From assembly GCF_009914755.1 (NCBI RefSeq), contig NC_060947.1: DNA of 64,000 nt. One strand, given 5' to 3'. How positions within the stretch are numbered: position 1 is the first letter of the stretch; every line of letters begins with the position of its first letter. Below the pieces are notes generated by a model. That model did not search any database and was not told the origin of the DNA. It was given only the letters and a program-made list of their open reading frames with translations. Source of the DNA: the human T2T-CHM13v2.0 reference genome, Homo sapiens. Below are positions 16,611 to 35,110 of the stretch, piece after piece. The position numbers and the translations under genes are program-made.

Positions 16611-17110
16611 TCAGATGTCAGCTGTCACATTTCCTCAGTTGAAGGAGATACAGATCAGAGAAACTGATTAGCAGAATCTGACTAGAGAAGTTAATCCAGA
16701 CAATTAGTGACTTTGTAAAGTGTAATGGATTTATTTAAATTATGTATAAAATAGTAATATTTTATGCAGCTTGGAAAGTCTCTAATAACTTCCTTCCATA
16801 CTCTTTCTAGTGATCTTATCCTTAATTAGAGTAATCACCAGTGAGAGAATGACTTAAGTTTCCTTGAATCCTAATCCCATGTTCATGGTTGTGTCACCTT
16901 TAAGATCTATTCATTGTTCATTCACTTTTCCTGCAAATATGTATTGATCTCCTAATATGTTGCTTATTGTGTTCATAGCAAATGCAGTCAGGGAGAAGAA
17001 TGAAGCACCATCTCTGTTTTCAGGGAATTCCAAATCCCTGGGAAAATAGGTGCAAAATAATAAACCCACGTGGCAAAAAGAAAATCAACACCATTGTATG
17101 TGCCAAACTG

Positions 17111-17332
17111 CAGTGGTTCCCAACTGGGGTGGGGGTGGGGTACTGTGCCACCCAGGGATTTTCAGCAATACCTGGAGACATTTTGGTTGTCATAGTTTGG
17201 GGGTGGATGTTACTGGCATGTAATGGGTAGAGGCTAGGAATGCTGCTAAACACCTAGAGGGCAAAGGACAGCCCACAACAGAGAATTATCAGGCCCCAAA
17301 TGCCAGTAGTGCCAAGGTTTAGAAATCGTTTG
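17111..17332 (+). mobile_element. MER20 (hAT-Charlie)
   Basis: cagtggttcccaac...ctggagacattttggttgtca...gaattatcaggccccaaatgccagtagtgccaagg. Confidence 0.88.
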
Positions 17333-17360
17333 CTAAGGATATCATCCTTTCCAGATTTTA

Positions 17361-17739
<379 letters not shown>

Positions 17740-17870
17740 GTCTATGCTGGCTAAACTACAGAGGAATTTACAATTATATGACAATGAATAGATTAAAAAT
17801 GTAAGTAATCTACTCTTGAATAAATGCTCTTATCTTATTTTACATCTGTCAGTGAAATTAAGACAAAGTG

Positions 17871-18240
17871 CAATCATGCACCACATAACAATGTTTTGAT
17901 CAGTGAGGGACTGCATATATGACATGTTCCCATAAGATTACAATAGAGCTGCCCTTTACAGGTGTACCATTTTTAATCTTATATACCATATTCGTACTGT
18001 ATCTGTTCTATGTTTAGATACACAAATACCATTGTGTTACAGTTGCCTGCAGTATTCAGTACAGTCACATGCTGTGCAGGTTTGTATCCTAGGAGCAATA
18101 GGCTCTACCATACAGCCTAGGTGTGTAGCAGGCTGCACCATCTAGGTTTGTGTAAGTTCACTCTATGTTCGCACAATCATAGAATTGCCTAATGATGCAT
18201 TTCTCAGAACGCAGTCTCGTCGTTAAGTGACACATGACTG
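17871..18240 (-). mobile_element. Tigger3a/MER7-type MITE, near full length
   Basis: Termini caatcatgca...cacatgactg; internal cctaggagcaataggct and atttctcagaacg. Confidence 0.88.
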
Positions 18241-18694
18241 TGCAATCTTTCTGGAAGTGGCCTAATAATACCTAAGTAGGTAGGGTGGGGGATTCCACAT
18301 TATAGGGGAACGAGTTCATCATTCTTCTGCCCCACCCTTGACTGAGCCCTCACTGTTTCTCTCCAGACTGCTGCACACCAGGATCAGATTGCCTCCTGTT
18401 CAGCCCTCTTTAACAGATCCCCACTGCTCTGGGGATAACAATCAAACTTGCTTCAACAACTACATGGCATCGATGACCTGGACCCTGCCTACCTCATCCT
18501 CTCACCTTGTTCACCTTGCCTTAGCCACAGTGATCCCCAAATCATTTTCCCTGCACAGAGATTCCACACAGTCTGTTCCCTCTAACTGGAAATATCCTCC
18601 CCCTACCACTAAACTCTTATGTTTCGTATCATGACCTAAATATCACACCCTAAAAAGGCTTTTCTTAACTTCCCATTTCCTTTCCTGCTCTGCT

Positions 18695-18887
18695 TTCTTT
18701 TTTTTTCTTTTCTTTTGAGATGGGGTCTCACTCTGTCACCCAGGCAGTAGTGCAGCAGCTCAATCATATCTCAACCTCCCAGACTTAGCCTCCCAAGTAG
18801 CTGGGACTATGGGTCCCACCACGCCCAGGTAATTTTTTTTATTTTTAATTTTTTGTAGAGATGGGGTCTCACTATGTTGCCCAGGCC
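18695..18887 (-). mobile_element. Internally deleted AluJ-type fragment
   Basis: Alu segments with gaps; tgctctgctt on both flanks. Confidence 0.8.
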
Positions 18888-18888
18888 G

Positions 18889-19312
18889 TGCTCTGCTTCC
18901 TTATCCATTTTCCACCCCTCTCTCCCCTGCTGTGTGCCCCATCCCCATGTGTCAGTGTGACTCCAGCACCCTTGCTGCTTGGCTCTAGGTTGGGTTTGGC
19001 CATTAGGCAGCATTGGTAAAAAATCTGAAGGCTGCAGGTAATGGACATCCAGGTATTTTCATCCGCTTTCCTACTTGGGTGCCATTCTGGGAGTGAGTTC
19101 CTCCCACTAGTACCAGGACTCCAGCTCTCAGTAAGCCCTGGTGCCACATTCTGTTCCCTTATTCCTACAGCTGATGCAAGTCTCTGGGCAAGTCAGCATC
19201 TCTCCTGTGTTCCCTTAACACTGACCCACCTCTGAAAGTAGCCCCTTCATCAACAAATTTTCATTTGAACCATCTAAACTGAATTTTCTTTTCCAGTCAA
19301 CACCCTAACATT
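18889..19312 (+). mobile_element. LTR33-like ERVL solo LTR
   Basis: ggttgggtttggccattaggcagcattgg...tagccccttcatcaa...caccctaaca. Confidence 0.7.
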
Positions 19313-20598
19313 CACATTCCTCAATTTTAAATCAGTTTTTCTTCATATAGATTCTTCCACAACACCAAATCATTTTCCCTCTGAGCTCTTATCATATTTT
19401 ATAAATGTATATATACGTGTGTTTGTATTTTGATTCTTTGTGTAGTATCTGTCACCTGACCTGGCACAATTTTGTGTATTTTACAGGGAACATAGTTGTT
19501 TTGCTAATGACAGTTGAATGGACGGATGAAAGGGTAGGCAATATCCTTGCTGAAGATAGACATCTGGATCTTTCATAAATTATTGCTTAAAAGCAATGTT
19601 AATATAAGGAAGTTATGGGTGAATACAACAGCATATATGAAGGAAAATTCTTGAAGTTTTAAGTGCACGCATGCAGGCATTCAACTGACATTTGTTCAGC
19701 ACCTTGTGAGTACCACACTCTTCATTAGGCATTGGGAGCACAGATGGGAAAAGAAAACAGTCTCTTTCCTCAAAGGCTCAAAGACTGGTGGGGAAGATGA
19801 GAATGTAAAGAGAATGGGGCACATGGGAAACATGAGCCAGGGCTACAAGGAGGTCAATACAGAGGTTGCTATCAAAGGGGGAAGGTTTACAAGGGAGGCA
19901 TCTGGAAATAGAAAAAATTAAACAAGACCATGTTTCAAGTTTGTTTAGAAAACACGATGGCTAATATGACCATAAAGTCTTTGTTGCCCCTCAAATTTGA
20001 AGAGGAAAGGAAGAAAGAAGCATCCAAGCCAAATAGGTTGCTTTGAGGTAACGTCTCAGCCCAGATAAAAGGGGGCAGTTGGCACTGGCAGAAAAGCAGA
20101 AGAGACAATAACAAAAATTGACTGGTGTTTACTACAAGACTCCAGACATGTGGGTCCTGATCATAACGGGAGTCCAAACGGGACAATCACCGAAGCCTGT
20201 AGCTGGAGCTCCTGGAACCCAGAAATTTCTGAGTTTAGGAAGGTTTAAGTAATTTACCCACCATCAAGTTTGATACACATGCATGTGTCATTGGGTGGTA
20301 TGCATGTGTGTGTGTGTGCATGTGTGTGTGTGCTTACAATATGATATTTGCAATACTTCAGGTAACAGTTACATTTACCAATAGTCTTGGAATATTAAAA
20401 ATATTCTAACTTTTTTTCATTGAAATAATATTTTTACCCTCTCATATAGAGGAAAAGTGCTATTTTAACAAATGCTTTCATCATCTTCATGGTTCTGTCT
20501 GTGAGCGGCCCCAGCCCAGAGAAGCCAGGATGAGACACAAATCATTCTGATTAAAACCAAATAAACACTGAGGTCCTATCCTCAGTCAGACATTAGAC

Positions 20599-20804
20599 CA
20601 GGGATCAGCAAACTTGTTATAAATATTTTAAGCTTTGTGAGCCGTATGATCTCTGTTGCAATAAGTCAACATTATTGTTTTAATGTAAAACCAGACATAG
20701 ACAATATGTAAATGAATGGGGATGGCCATGTTCCAATAAAACTTTGGTTACAAAAATAGGTGGCAAGTCACATTTGGACTGTGGGCTGCAGTATGCCAGC
20801 CCTG
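20599..20804 (+). mobile_element. MER58A (hAT-Charlie)
   Basis: cagggatcagcaaac...gttccaataaaacttt...gccagccctg; 8-bp flanks cattagac / caccagac. Confidence 0.87.
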
Positions 20805-21109
20805 CACCAGACTAGAAAGAAGGAAAGGAAAAAATGAACTAAGAACAAGGGAGACAGCTCCAAAACAAATGGGAAAAAGAAAACCGTCGATGGTAATACT
20901 GCAGTGGTACCTAAAAGAGAATATTATAGTTGTAAGATCCAATAAGGTAATGAGAATAAATCAATAAACTCTGACTGACCGAACACATATTCTCCCTTGT
21001 GATAAAATAACACATATTGGTAGAATGTTCTACTTACTATAACTACTATGCAAACAAATTCCTATTTTGAAATATATAAATAAATATATAGTTCAAAAAT
21101 AGGAGTTAA

Positions 21110-21438
21110 TTACAACATGAATGAACCTTGAAAACATGCTAAATGGAAGAAGCCAGATGGAAAAAGCCACATATTGTATGATTCCATCTATATGAAATGT
21201 CCAGAAGAGGCAAATCCATAGAGACAAAAAGCAGCTTAGTGGTTGCCAGGGGCTAGGGACGGGGAAGTGGGGAGTGATTGCTGATGGGCACAGAATTTCT
21301 TTATAGGGTGATGAAAATGTTCTGAATTAATTAGTGGTGATAGTTGCAGAACTCTGTGAATATACTAGACAACCACTGAATTGTACACTTTGAAAGGATG
21401 AATTTATGGTATGTGAGTTATATCTCAATTAAAAAAAG
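21110..21438 (+). mobile_element. L1MB-type 3' end
   Basis: atattgtatgattccat...agtggttgccaggggctaggg...ggtgatgaaaatgttctg...tatatctcaattaaaaaa. Confidence 0.85.
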
Positions 21439-22029
21439 GAGTAGGACATTCTCATACGATTTGGCACTATCTTTCTGGAAGGCAGTTTGAAGCAGTGCAT
21501 ATTAAAAGTCCTACAAATGTGGGAAGCAAGAGAGAAATAGGAGCTAAGAAGATTTGGAAACTGAAGAGCAGCTGAAAAATAAATTATTTCAGTAACTGCA
21601 ATAGCTCCATATACATCAATTCAAATACAAAATGGGTTCTATTATGTCTTGAGAGCAATTAAAAGGTAATATTTTGCCTTCCCACATCTGTGGAAAGTAG
21701 TCATGGACACCTGATCTGCTTATATGAGTTAACAACAGATTTGCTTGGACATCAAATGATTATTGCTGGGTGTGGACTAGGAGCTTTTCATACATTGCTG
21801 ATCCTTGCCACAGTTCTGCAGATTATGCATTATAAAGCCCATTTTACAGATGAGCAAACTGATTGGCAAAGGCCATGCATCCCTTCTGATCTCAGCGATC
21901 TCACGTGGATGGTGCTTCTAGCAGGAGGAGGATATCAGCCTGCACCTCACTCCTTGGACATTCCTCAGCTGTTTTCTGTTCCCTGAAAGGACATTGCAAA
22001 TGAGGCCCTGCAAGCAAGTTCACAATGTC

Positions 22030-22640
22030 GCCATCCCGATTTCAGCCATAGCCTCCCAACTGGTCTCCCTGCTCCCTCTCCTGCCCACATTTGCCAGAGA
22101 GATCTATTTAAAACTGAAATCAGCCCATGCCCTTCCCCTCCTTAAAAAACCAAGCTCCTAACCCCTGTTTAGAAGGGCTTAGAGGCCCCAGCTCCATTGG
22201 CTATCACATGGGCCATATCTTGCCCTTGCCCTTTCTGCACCAGCCTATGGGCCTTCCTGTCCATCAAGCCTTGGAGGAGCATCCTAGCTCATGCCTCTGC
22301 CTGGCATGCCCTTCACATGGCTGACTTGTCATTCAGGTCACCTCCACAGAGACTGTCCTTGTCTACTGTTCTAAAGTAGCCACAATTCACTCTATTTTAA
22401 TCCTTTGTAAAGCTCTGACCATCTGATATTCTTCCTTCCATCTCATCCTCCCTTCCTCTTCTCTTCTTTCCTCCTCCCCTTCTTGCCTTGCTCCCTTTCT
22501 CCTTCTCTTGCTCCCTCCTTCCCTGCCACTTCTCTGTCCACTAGAATAGAAGCTGTATGAGAACATGAACTCTGGGCTGTTCACCTGCCCCTGGCCCATT
22601 ATAGGCAGTCAAATATTTGTTGAAAGAATTAATGAATGCT
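22030..22640 (+). mobile_element. L2 3' fragments, with a CT-rich tract inside
   Basis: agcctcccaactggtctccctgc...aagctgtatgagaac...aaatatttgttgaaagaattaatgaatg. Confidence 0.7.
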
Positions 22641-23524
22641 GATGAAACTTGGCAAAGGTCCTGTGTTTTGCTAAATGATGAAAGATATAAATCCCACAGC
22701 ACATAGTCTTGGCTCTGTAGAAGGGTAACAATAAATGAGACTAATGACCACAAACTTCAGAAGGCCCTAACCCATACCGACCATTTACAACTGTCCCCAC
22801 CCCCAAGGTTCCATGTCTGAGACAAGTTTCAGCCTGAAGTGAGTTTTTATTACCTACTCATAAACCCCTGAATCATGTGGTTTACAGGGCAAGTGCTAAT
22901 GCAGTCATAATTATATTGGTGTGAACAAATTGTCATAGAAATGTAGCAAACATAGACACAGGCATTTAAGAGAAACCAGCTGCTCACAACACAAGATCAA
23001 CCATCACATAGAAACCAGTCAGCAAGCACAGAGCTAAGGAACTTGAACTGAGTGACTGAAGGTGACACACCCTATAAATCACAAAGTGTGATGACAGTTT
23101 GCACCAGCACCTCAGAGCAACCAATACTGCCCAGAGCACTATGCATTTTGAGGAAATCTATAATTAAGACATGGATACTACCTTCCCTAAATGGTGACTG
23201 CCATTCTTTTTCTGTTTAATTAACCGAAGCACAAAATTAAGTGTTAACTTCAGTTTGTGGACGATTTCCTTTCTTTTCTCTTTGGAAGCAGATCAAGGAA
23301 CAAGAAAGGACATGACTGCATTATAAATTCATTACTTACCTAGGGTGTTTTTTTTCCTTTTTAATCTCTAAAATAACAGTTGATCCATTAAGAGACTGGA
23401 AGGTGAAAAATGTCAAGCTTCTGACCTTTTCTTAATTTACACATATACTGAGCCAATGAAAACATATCCACACCCCATCTCCCCATAATTAGTACTTTCT
23501 GTGGACTCAGTGATGACTCCAGAG

Positions 23525-23753
23525 CAGGATTTCTCAGCCTAGGCACTATTCTCATATTGGATCAGATAATTCTCTGTGTCTGGGCTGTCCTGTGCATTGT
23601 AGGATGTTGAGCAGTATTATCCCTGGCCTCCACCCACACTGGATGCCAGGAGCATCGCACCTTCTCCCCCCAAAATGTGACATTCAAAAATGCCTGCAGA
23701 CATTGCAAAATGTCCCTTGGAAAGAAAAACCACCTCAAGGTTGAAAACCACTG
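23525..23753 (-). mobile_element. MER20
   Basis: caggatttctcagcctaggcactatt...cagacattgcaaaatgtccc...ggttgaaaaccactg. Confidence 0.88.
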
Positions 23754-26700
23754 TTCAAAACATTGTGATATGAAAAGCTAAGAAAAAAGATCAGGTTATA
23801 CTCTAATTATTTTTGTATTTCAACATATTCTGCCACGTTTTATTTCTTGGACACTATAAACTTGTCAACCCAGAATGGACACTTATTGTCCTTTTAGCAT
23901 TTGTTGCTGTGTTTGAGTGGTGGATGTTGCTCAGTGTCTTGCTAAAATGCCACAAGGCCAGGATTGCTCTTATAGGACGACTCCCTGACATTCATCATAG
24001 AATTTTATGCTTTCATCCAGCATTGCATGCCAAGATTACACTTCTTTAAAAAACAACCAGGGCCTACAAATAATTGCCTCTGAGACTCGGCATTATTTTC
24101 AGTTGGTGGAGCAATCTTAAAACTGGTTTCAAACCAGACATTTAAAGATCATAATATTTGTATGAAGAGTTCTTTAAAGAGAAAGAAGAGAGCTGGTTTT
24201 AGTTGGAAACCAATGAAAAAACAAGTCGTTTGTCTCTGCCTTTTGCTAAAATAACTAACTTTAATGACAATGTATTTAGAATAGCAAAAGCAAGAGCAGA
24301 ACTAGCCCTGGCATTGGCCTTAGAAGATTTTACAACTCTGAAAAGGCCATTAATCAGCAAACAATCTATAAAGACAACCTAAAAAAATGTGTTCCAACTG
24401 CCTCATTCCCTTGCCTTGGTTATAATCCAAGAGCAAATCCTCCAAGTCTAAATCTCGTGACCCATAAAACTTCTTATCTGCCTTTACTTGGTACAGGCCA
24501 GCAACCAAATCTCTATACACTGTTTTTCCCATGGAAGAATGAGGCTGTAAGTTTGCTCACCAAGAGGCACTTGGTGGGAAGAAAGAATAAGCAAGAAATC
24601 TGCCATAAATCTTCATCAGCCTTCTTGTGTAAAGCTGACATGGATTTAGAAAAAGTTTGTTCTTCATAAACTTTATTATTTGCCCAGGAATAATTTTATT
24701 CTAATTGAAAAAGTGCATTTTAAAAGCTGTCAACAATTGTGCATGGATTTTTGACATTGTACAGGAAGCTGGCCAATGTGACACACTTGTATGGCATAGT
24801 CACAGTATAATGTGATTTTGTTTGCTTTCAAAATTTTCTTGTATGGTATTTTACGGTTATTGATTTTACACCAGATACGTATTTGACATGAATGGCATAA
24901 TTTTTTTAAGGGCTGTTTACAGAAAGAAGAAAATTCAGTTTTTTTTTTTCAGTTTTTTTTTTAATGATTTTTTTTTTGATAGGTTAATAAAGTGCTTTGT
25001 GTAGGCCCCGCATTTTTGTTTGGGCCAAAGAGAAAAACAGTCACCACAGTCCATCAATCTGATTTGTGATTTTGCTTTATACCCTCTACTAGTAGCTTGC
25101 ACCTTGTGATCTATTTAATATCTTGCCTTTCTTATTAATAAAACCCAAACTAGGCCTTGTTCAGGGTGATTGGCCAGAAAGAATATGCTTCATCCGAGAT
25201 GGTAGGTGCGTACCTAGCATTCTTCTCTAAGAACAATATGGTTCACCACAAGTGTGGAGGGTGGAGTGTGTGGAAAGTCTGGGTTCCCCTTTCTATGCTT
25301 GAAGGGGCCTTTTGAGGTTTTATTAATGACAATTTGAACACACTTCTTTTCTATATATCTCCCATCAATGAATTCAACAATTGCTTGGGGGGCAGGTTGA
25401 CATTACGAACTTAGTTTAGGAGAAGGTGTCTAAATGCTTCCAAATAACTTTCATGTGATTTCTAAAATAATTGATCATAAATAATGAGTATCTTATAGTT
25501 ATAAGTCAGGAAGATTAATGATTTGAAAACTTCTTGAATAAAGTGTGGTGTTGTCTCTACCCCCTGACCCTGGGCCCCCATTTAAACAAAGATACATCTA
25601 TCAACATATTTTTTTTGCAAAAATTTGGGTGCTGATTTTAAAGTGACCTAATATAAATTAATCCATTCAAAGTACTACATATTGAATATCTGGGAAAGCC
25701 AGATATTTACCATATTCTGTCTTTTATTTTCAGATGTAAAATAGTTCAAAAGCTAATTATTTAAAAAGTATGGGGATAAAAGTCATATTTAGAGCGGGGC
25801 CTAATAAATTGGGCCTGTCCAGCAGAGCAGTCCTCTTCAATTTTGCCTAACCACTCACAGAGCAATTCACCAGAGTTTAACAATTCACTCAGAATTTTCA
25901 GTGTTGATATCACCTCCGTTTGCATAAAGAACCAATTGACTATCACCACCAGAATAGAAATTCTACAATGAATGCCAGTATGTGCATTACAACAAATGCC
26001 AGTAAGTGATTTGCCGGAGTCATGCAGCCAGCAAGGGGCTGAAGCAGACCTTGAAGCCAGCCCTGTCCCAGCACATAGTCGGTGCTCCTCCCACTCCACC
26101 TAGAAGAGCAAGTCACCATCACAAGATGGAAGGCTGCTGGCTCCCATTGTGAGGTCACAGAGAATGGAACTACTGAAATTAGACCCAGGAATTGTTGAAT
26201 AGAACTTTCCATGCCCTGATGTCAAAGTAAACATATACATGATAGATACTAAGGCATTAAGGAAATCATGAGTCAACAGTAGTGCTTGTTACCAAATATA
26301 GTTGGTAACAAGCTGTCTCCATGAGACAAGCAAACATGCAAAAACCCACGTTCGATGCATTGTTACTCCTTAAAAATCTCCCCAGTGCAGTCCAGTCAAT
26401 CCTGTTTTCTTCTCCAGACTTTGCCCATCAGCTGTTCTTTATTATCTCTGTTATTTAAATGAACAGAGAGCAGGCATTGAGTAGGGGGCTGGCTTTGAAA
26501 GTGACTTCAAGTACAGTCACAGAGCTGCAAACTCAGCTGCTGCTGTTCTGAAACAGTTATTCCATTTTGTTATCAATGCTTAGACCAAAGCGGGCATGGC
26601 AGGTTGCTGCATTTGCAGTGGGGCATTGCTGATGGGGCCTTGCAAACTGTGTCTGTGACCTGTAGGGTTTCTCATGTTCTCTTTTCAGAGCAATTATTCT

Positions 26701-28536
26701 CCAAAGCTCCACTCCCCAAAATGTGTCCCTGCAGGATTCCTCTCTCTGCTCTGTTCCTCACTAGGTTCATATCTTTGCTATAGTACTTGTCACATTGCAT
26801 TAAAACATCTTTTGACTACTCTGCCTTGTCCACGTGACTGGGAGCCTATCAAAAGCAGATATGTTGCTCATTATTTTGGATTGCCTAAGGGTCTGGCAAC
26901 TGCGTCTGGCATGTATTGATGCTCCCCTCCTCTCTCCTAGTTTGCTTTATATCCTATGAAATGTCTCATCAGAATCCTTTAACTGTTATTGATTCAAGTC
27001 TCTACCCAGTTTTGTGACAGCAATTTAGCACTTTGATCTCTCACCCCATTTTGCTTCTGTTATTAAATTTATTTTTCCATGAATTTCTACTTCAAGTCGG
27101 AAAGATGAAGAAGAAAAATTCTGGGCTGTGAAGTCACTAGCCAGCTGTGTGGCAATGGACATCTTTACCCACTCTGAGCTCATCAGTCCCCTTATTTATA
27201 TTTCTAAGGAGAGGGAGTGGGAGGAGAAGAGAAGGGAAGAGAAAGTAGGAAAGAAAAGAAGGGAAGGAAGGAGAAAAAGAAAGCAAGAGCGTCTGTATTG
27301 TATGGTTGTTGTAGGAATTTTAGAGACTGTCTTTTGTAAGCACCATCATTTAACAGGCATTTATTAGATGACAGCTATCCATTTTTGTGTTTCTCAGTCT
27401 ATCCTGGGGCCAAATAGAAGACACACCACATATTGGGGTAAGAGAAGATGGATCTTTGATTCTTTGTCACCATGATGGTATTTGTGGGTGAATTTTTTTT
27501 CTTCTTCATGTTGACTGTCATTGGAATTTTTATGTATAGAGTAAATTCTTATTATGTCTAGTTCTTATTGGTGTTATAATCAACCTTCTAAAATGTCTAA
27601 TATTAGAAAGCAGCATGGAGTTGAGGGCATCAGATCAACACTCATTTCAGGCACAACCTTTTTCATCCCCCCTCACCTGGCAGGCCACCAGTGCTAATAT
27701 TACTGGTACGTGGCTGATGCTACTTTGGTTTCTGCAGACAGCTCAAATATGAATTTCACTTGTCCTTTTTCCGTTTTTTTCACCTCAAGCAAATAATTGA
27801 CAAGCAGGCTAGAATGTCTTTTAATCACATAATGGTCCTCAAAAATTGTTTTAAAGGAAGTAGTACTGAGTTTAGACAAAGTAATCAATTACTGTGTAGT
27901 ACACAGAATGTAATGAGGGACAACAAATACTTTAGAGTTGGAAGGCAACTTAGATTTCTATTTGTGCACATAGGCCATGGCATGAGGATAGCAGAAAAAT
28001 CTTATGACACTATAAGGCCAGATCCGAGTCCTTTGGTTTATTTTATGAAAATATCATGATTGGAAACCATGAATCATGTAATGAATGCTGGGCTAATCAA
28101 TGTGTGGTTCTGGTGTGATATTACAAAAATCATGACAACTTAACATATTTCTAGAACTTCCAGGAGATTTATGGCAAGGTTGAGATACCTAACAGGCTGA
28201 TCTCAATGTAGCCTTAAGGGAGGTGAAGGGATATTAACATGCAGTAGACACTCACACCCACTATGTGGGAGACCAACAGGTACTTTTCCTATATACTTAC
28301 AACTGCTAGGCAAAGCCAATATTTTTATTCCCATATTTCCCAAAGAAGAAATTTCCCAAAGGAGACCTAAAGAAGTCAAGAAACTTACCCAAAACTAGAC
28401 TTATTAGAAGTAGCCAAGCAGGGATTTAAACTCATTTCTGGCTCTAGAAATATTTTTGATTTCCTAGTCTTTTTTTTTTTTATTAACAAGACGCAAAATT
28501 CCCTAATTCTACTACCCTTCAGACCACTATAAATGC

Positions 28537-29084
28537 TGTGGTAGATATCTCCAAGATGGCACCAAATGGTCCCTGCCTCCCTAGTATTCACAACTTGGTA
28601 TTTCCCTCCCCTTAAGTAACTTGCTTCTAACTTATAGGACATGGCAACATTGAGGGGAATTTATTTCCATAATTCATCAAAAGACATTGTGACATTCATC
28701 TTACTAGCAGACTCTCACCCTAGCTGGCTGTGATAAAGCAAGCTGGCATGTTGGAGAGGCCCACATGGCAAGGAATTGAGGGTGGTCTCTGGGCAACAGT
28801 CAGTGAGGAAATAGAGCCCTCAGCCCAACAGCCCCCAATGAACTGAGTCTGCCAACAATTACATGAGTAAGCTCGTAAGCACGTTATTCCCCAGTCAGGT
28901 CTCCAGATGAGATCCCAGGTTTAGTGGATATCCGGATCACAGCCTAGTGAGACCCTGATCAGAAGATGCAGTTAAGCTGTGACCAGATTCCTTACCCACA
29001 AAACCTGAGAGATAATAAATGTGTGATATTTTAAGCCTCTAAGTTCTGGGACAATTCATTTTGCAGCAGTAGACAACTAATAAA
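28537..29084 (+). mobile_element. MLT1E/F-like MaLR solo LTR
   Basis: tgtggtaga...tggagaggcccacatggcaaggaattgagg...gagataataaatgtgtg...ttttaagcc...acaactaata. Confidence 0.82.
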
Positions 29085-30102
29085 AGGACCCCACAAAAAG
29101 GCAATTGGCTTGCCACATGTAGCCACCAGTGTGAGACCCATGGAAGATAATGATGCTAGTTTTTGAGGTGACAGATACCTCAACTCTCCTACTACATTAT
29201 ACGTAGAAAATTGGCTAAAAACAATACACGTGAACACACTGTTCCCTGGGCCTAATTCCTTTGCTAATTTCTGTGTTAGATGCATAAAACAGAGAGAGTG
29301 CAACCACCAGGCAGAGAAACAGTGAGCTAATATGTAGATATAATAAATTAATATAAATGAACAAAGAGCAAGTACATACTGAGTGACAGGAGTTTTAGAA
29401 ATAATTTGATTTAGCCAGGCTGGGGTTAGAGAGAATTCCAGCCTAAATAGAGATGTAAAACTAGAAGATGACTGAGTTATTCCCTCAGGAACCATTTTGG
29501 TATTCTGGCTGGTTAGGGGAGCTCTATTTGACTCAGCTACATCATCAGGAATAGTTCTTTGAGTTAGAAAGTTTCTATTTTTACAGAGCTTTTATTTTTT
29601 GATGAATGGATAGTCAGGACTCAGATTCAAAAAAAAAAAATTCTGGCCCAATTACATTAGTAGTACAAGAAATTATGTTATTTCCCTTGGCTTTAAAAAG
29701 TAGTCAAAGCTTATGTGGAAGTAAAAAAAAATACTTCTATTTGTTTGATTTTATTTCTTTCTTCATTTACGGATTGACCTTTGTGTTCAATATCAATTTC
29801 ATTATATAAATATTAGATAGAAATGACACTGTTTGACAATTTCCATACTAATAGAAATCACAGCTTTAAACTTCATAAACAAAATACAGAGATTTATAAC
29901 TTTCTGTTCCAAGGTCCATAACTTATTCACTATACTAAGTGAGGTCTCATCAGCACTATTTCTCAGTAATCACAATGCAGCCTTTGGGGTTAAGTAGCCC
30001 TGAGTTTGGGAATTCTGGTCAATTCACTTACTCACCAGGTAGCCTTAACCTTCCTGACTCTCTGTTTTATAATCTATAAATGGGGATAAATATAATGTCC
30101 TT

Positions 30103-31736
<1,634 letters not shown>

Positions 31737-31857
31737 CAACCATAGAGATATTTTAGAAAGCAAAAATATAAATAAATATAAAGTTCTTGAGAGAGAGATT
31801 TATACATAAATTAAGTGACATAAGTAAGATGCTTATATTATGCTTCATACATAATAA

Positions 31858-32175
<318 letters not shown>

Positions 32176-32193
32176 AGCTGTTACTATATTTTC

Positions 32194-35110
<2,917 letters not shown>

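Noticed and set aside
21870-21915. Possible 5S rRNA fragment (ggccat...tctgatctc...tggatgg)
   Set aside because: Only scattered short word matches, spacing inconsistent with 5S, adjacent to a MIR
25734-26001. Possible + strand exon (tctgtcttttattttcag acceptor, cca|gtaagt donor)
   Set aside because: Weak exonic donor context, stops in the frames examined, no supporting + strand gene structure
29031-29495. 154-aa minus-strand ORF
   Set aside because: No recognisable homology, runs into an MLT1 LTR, no exon structure
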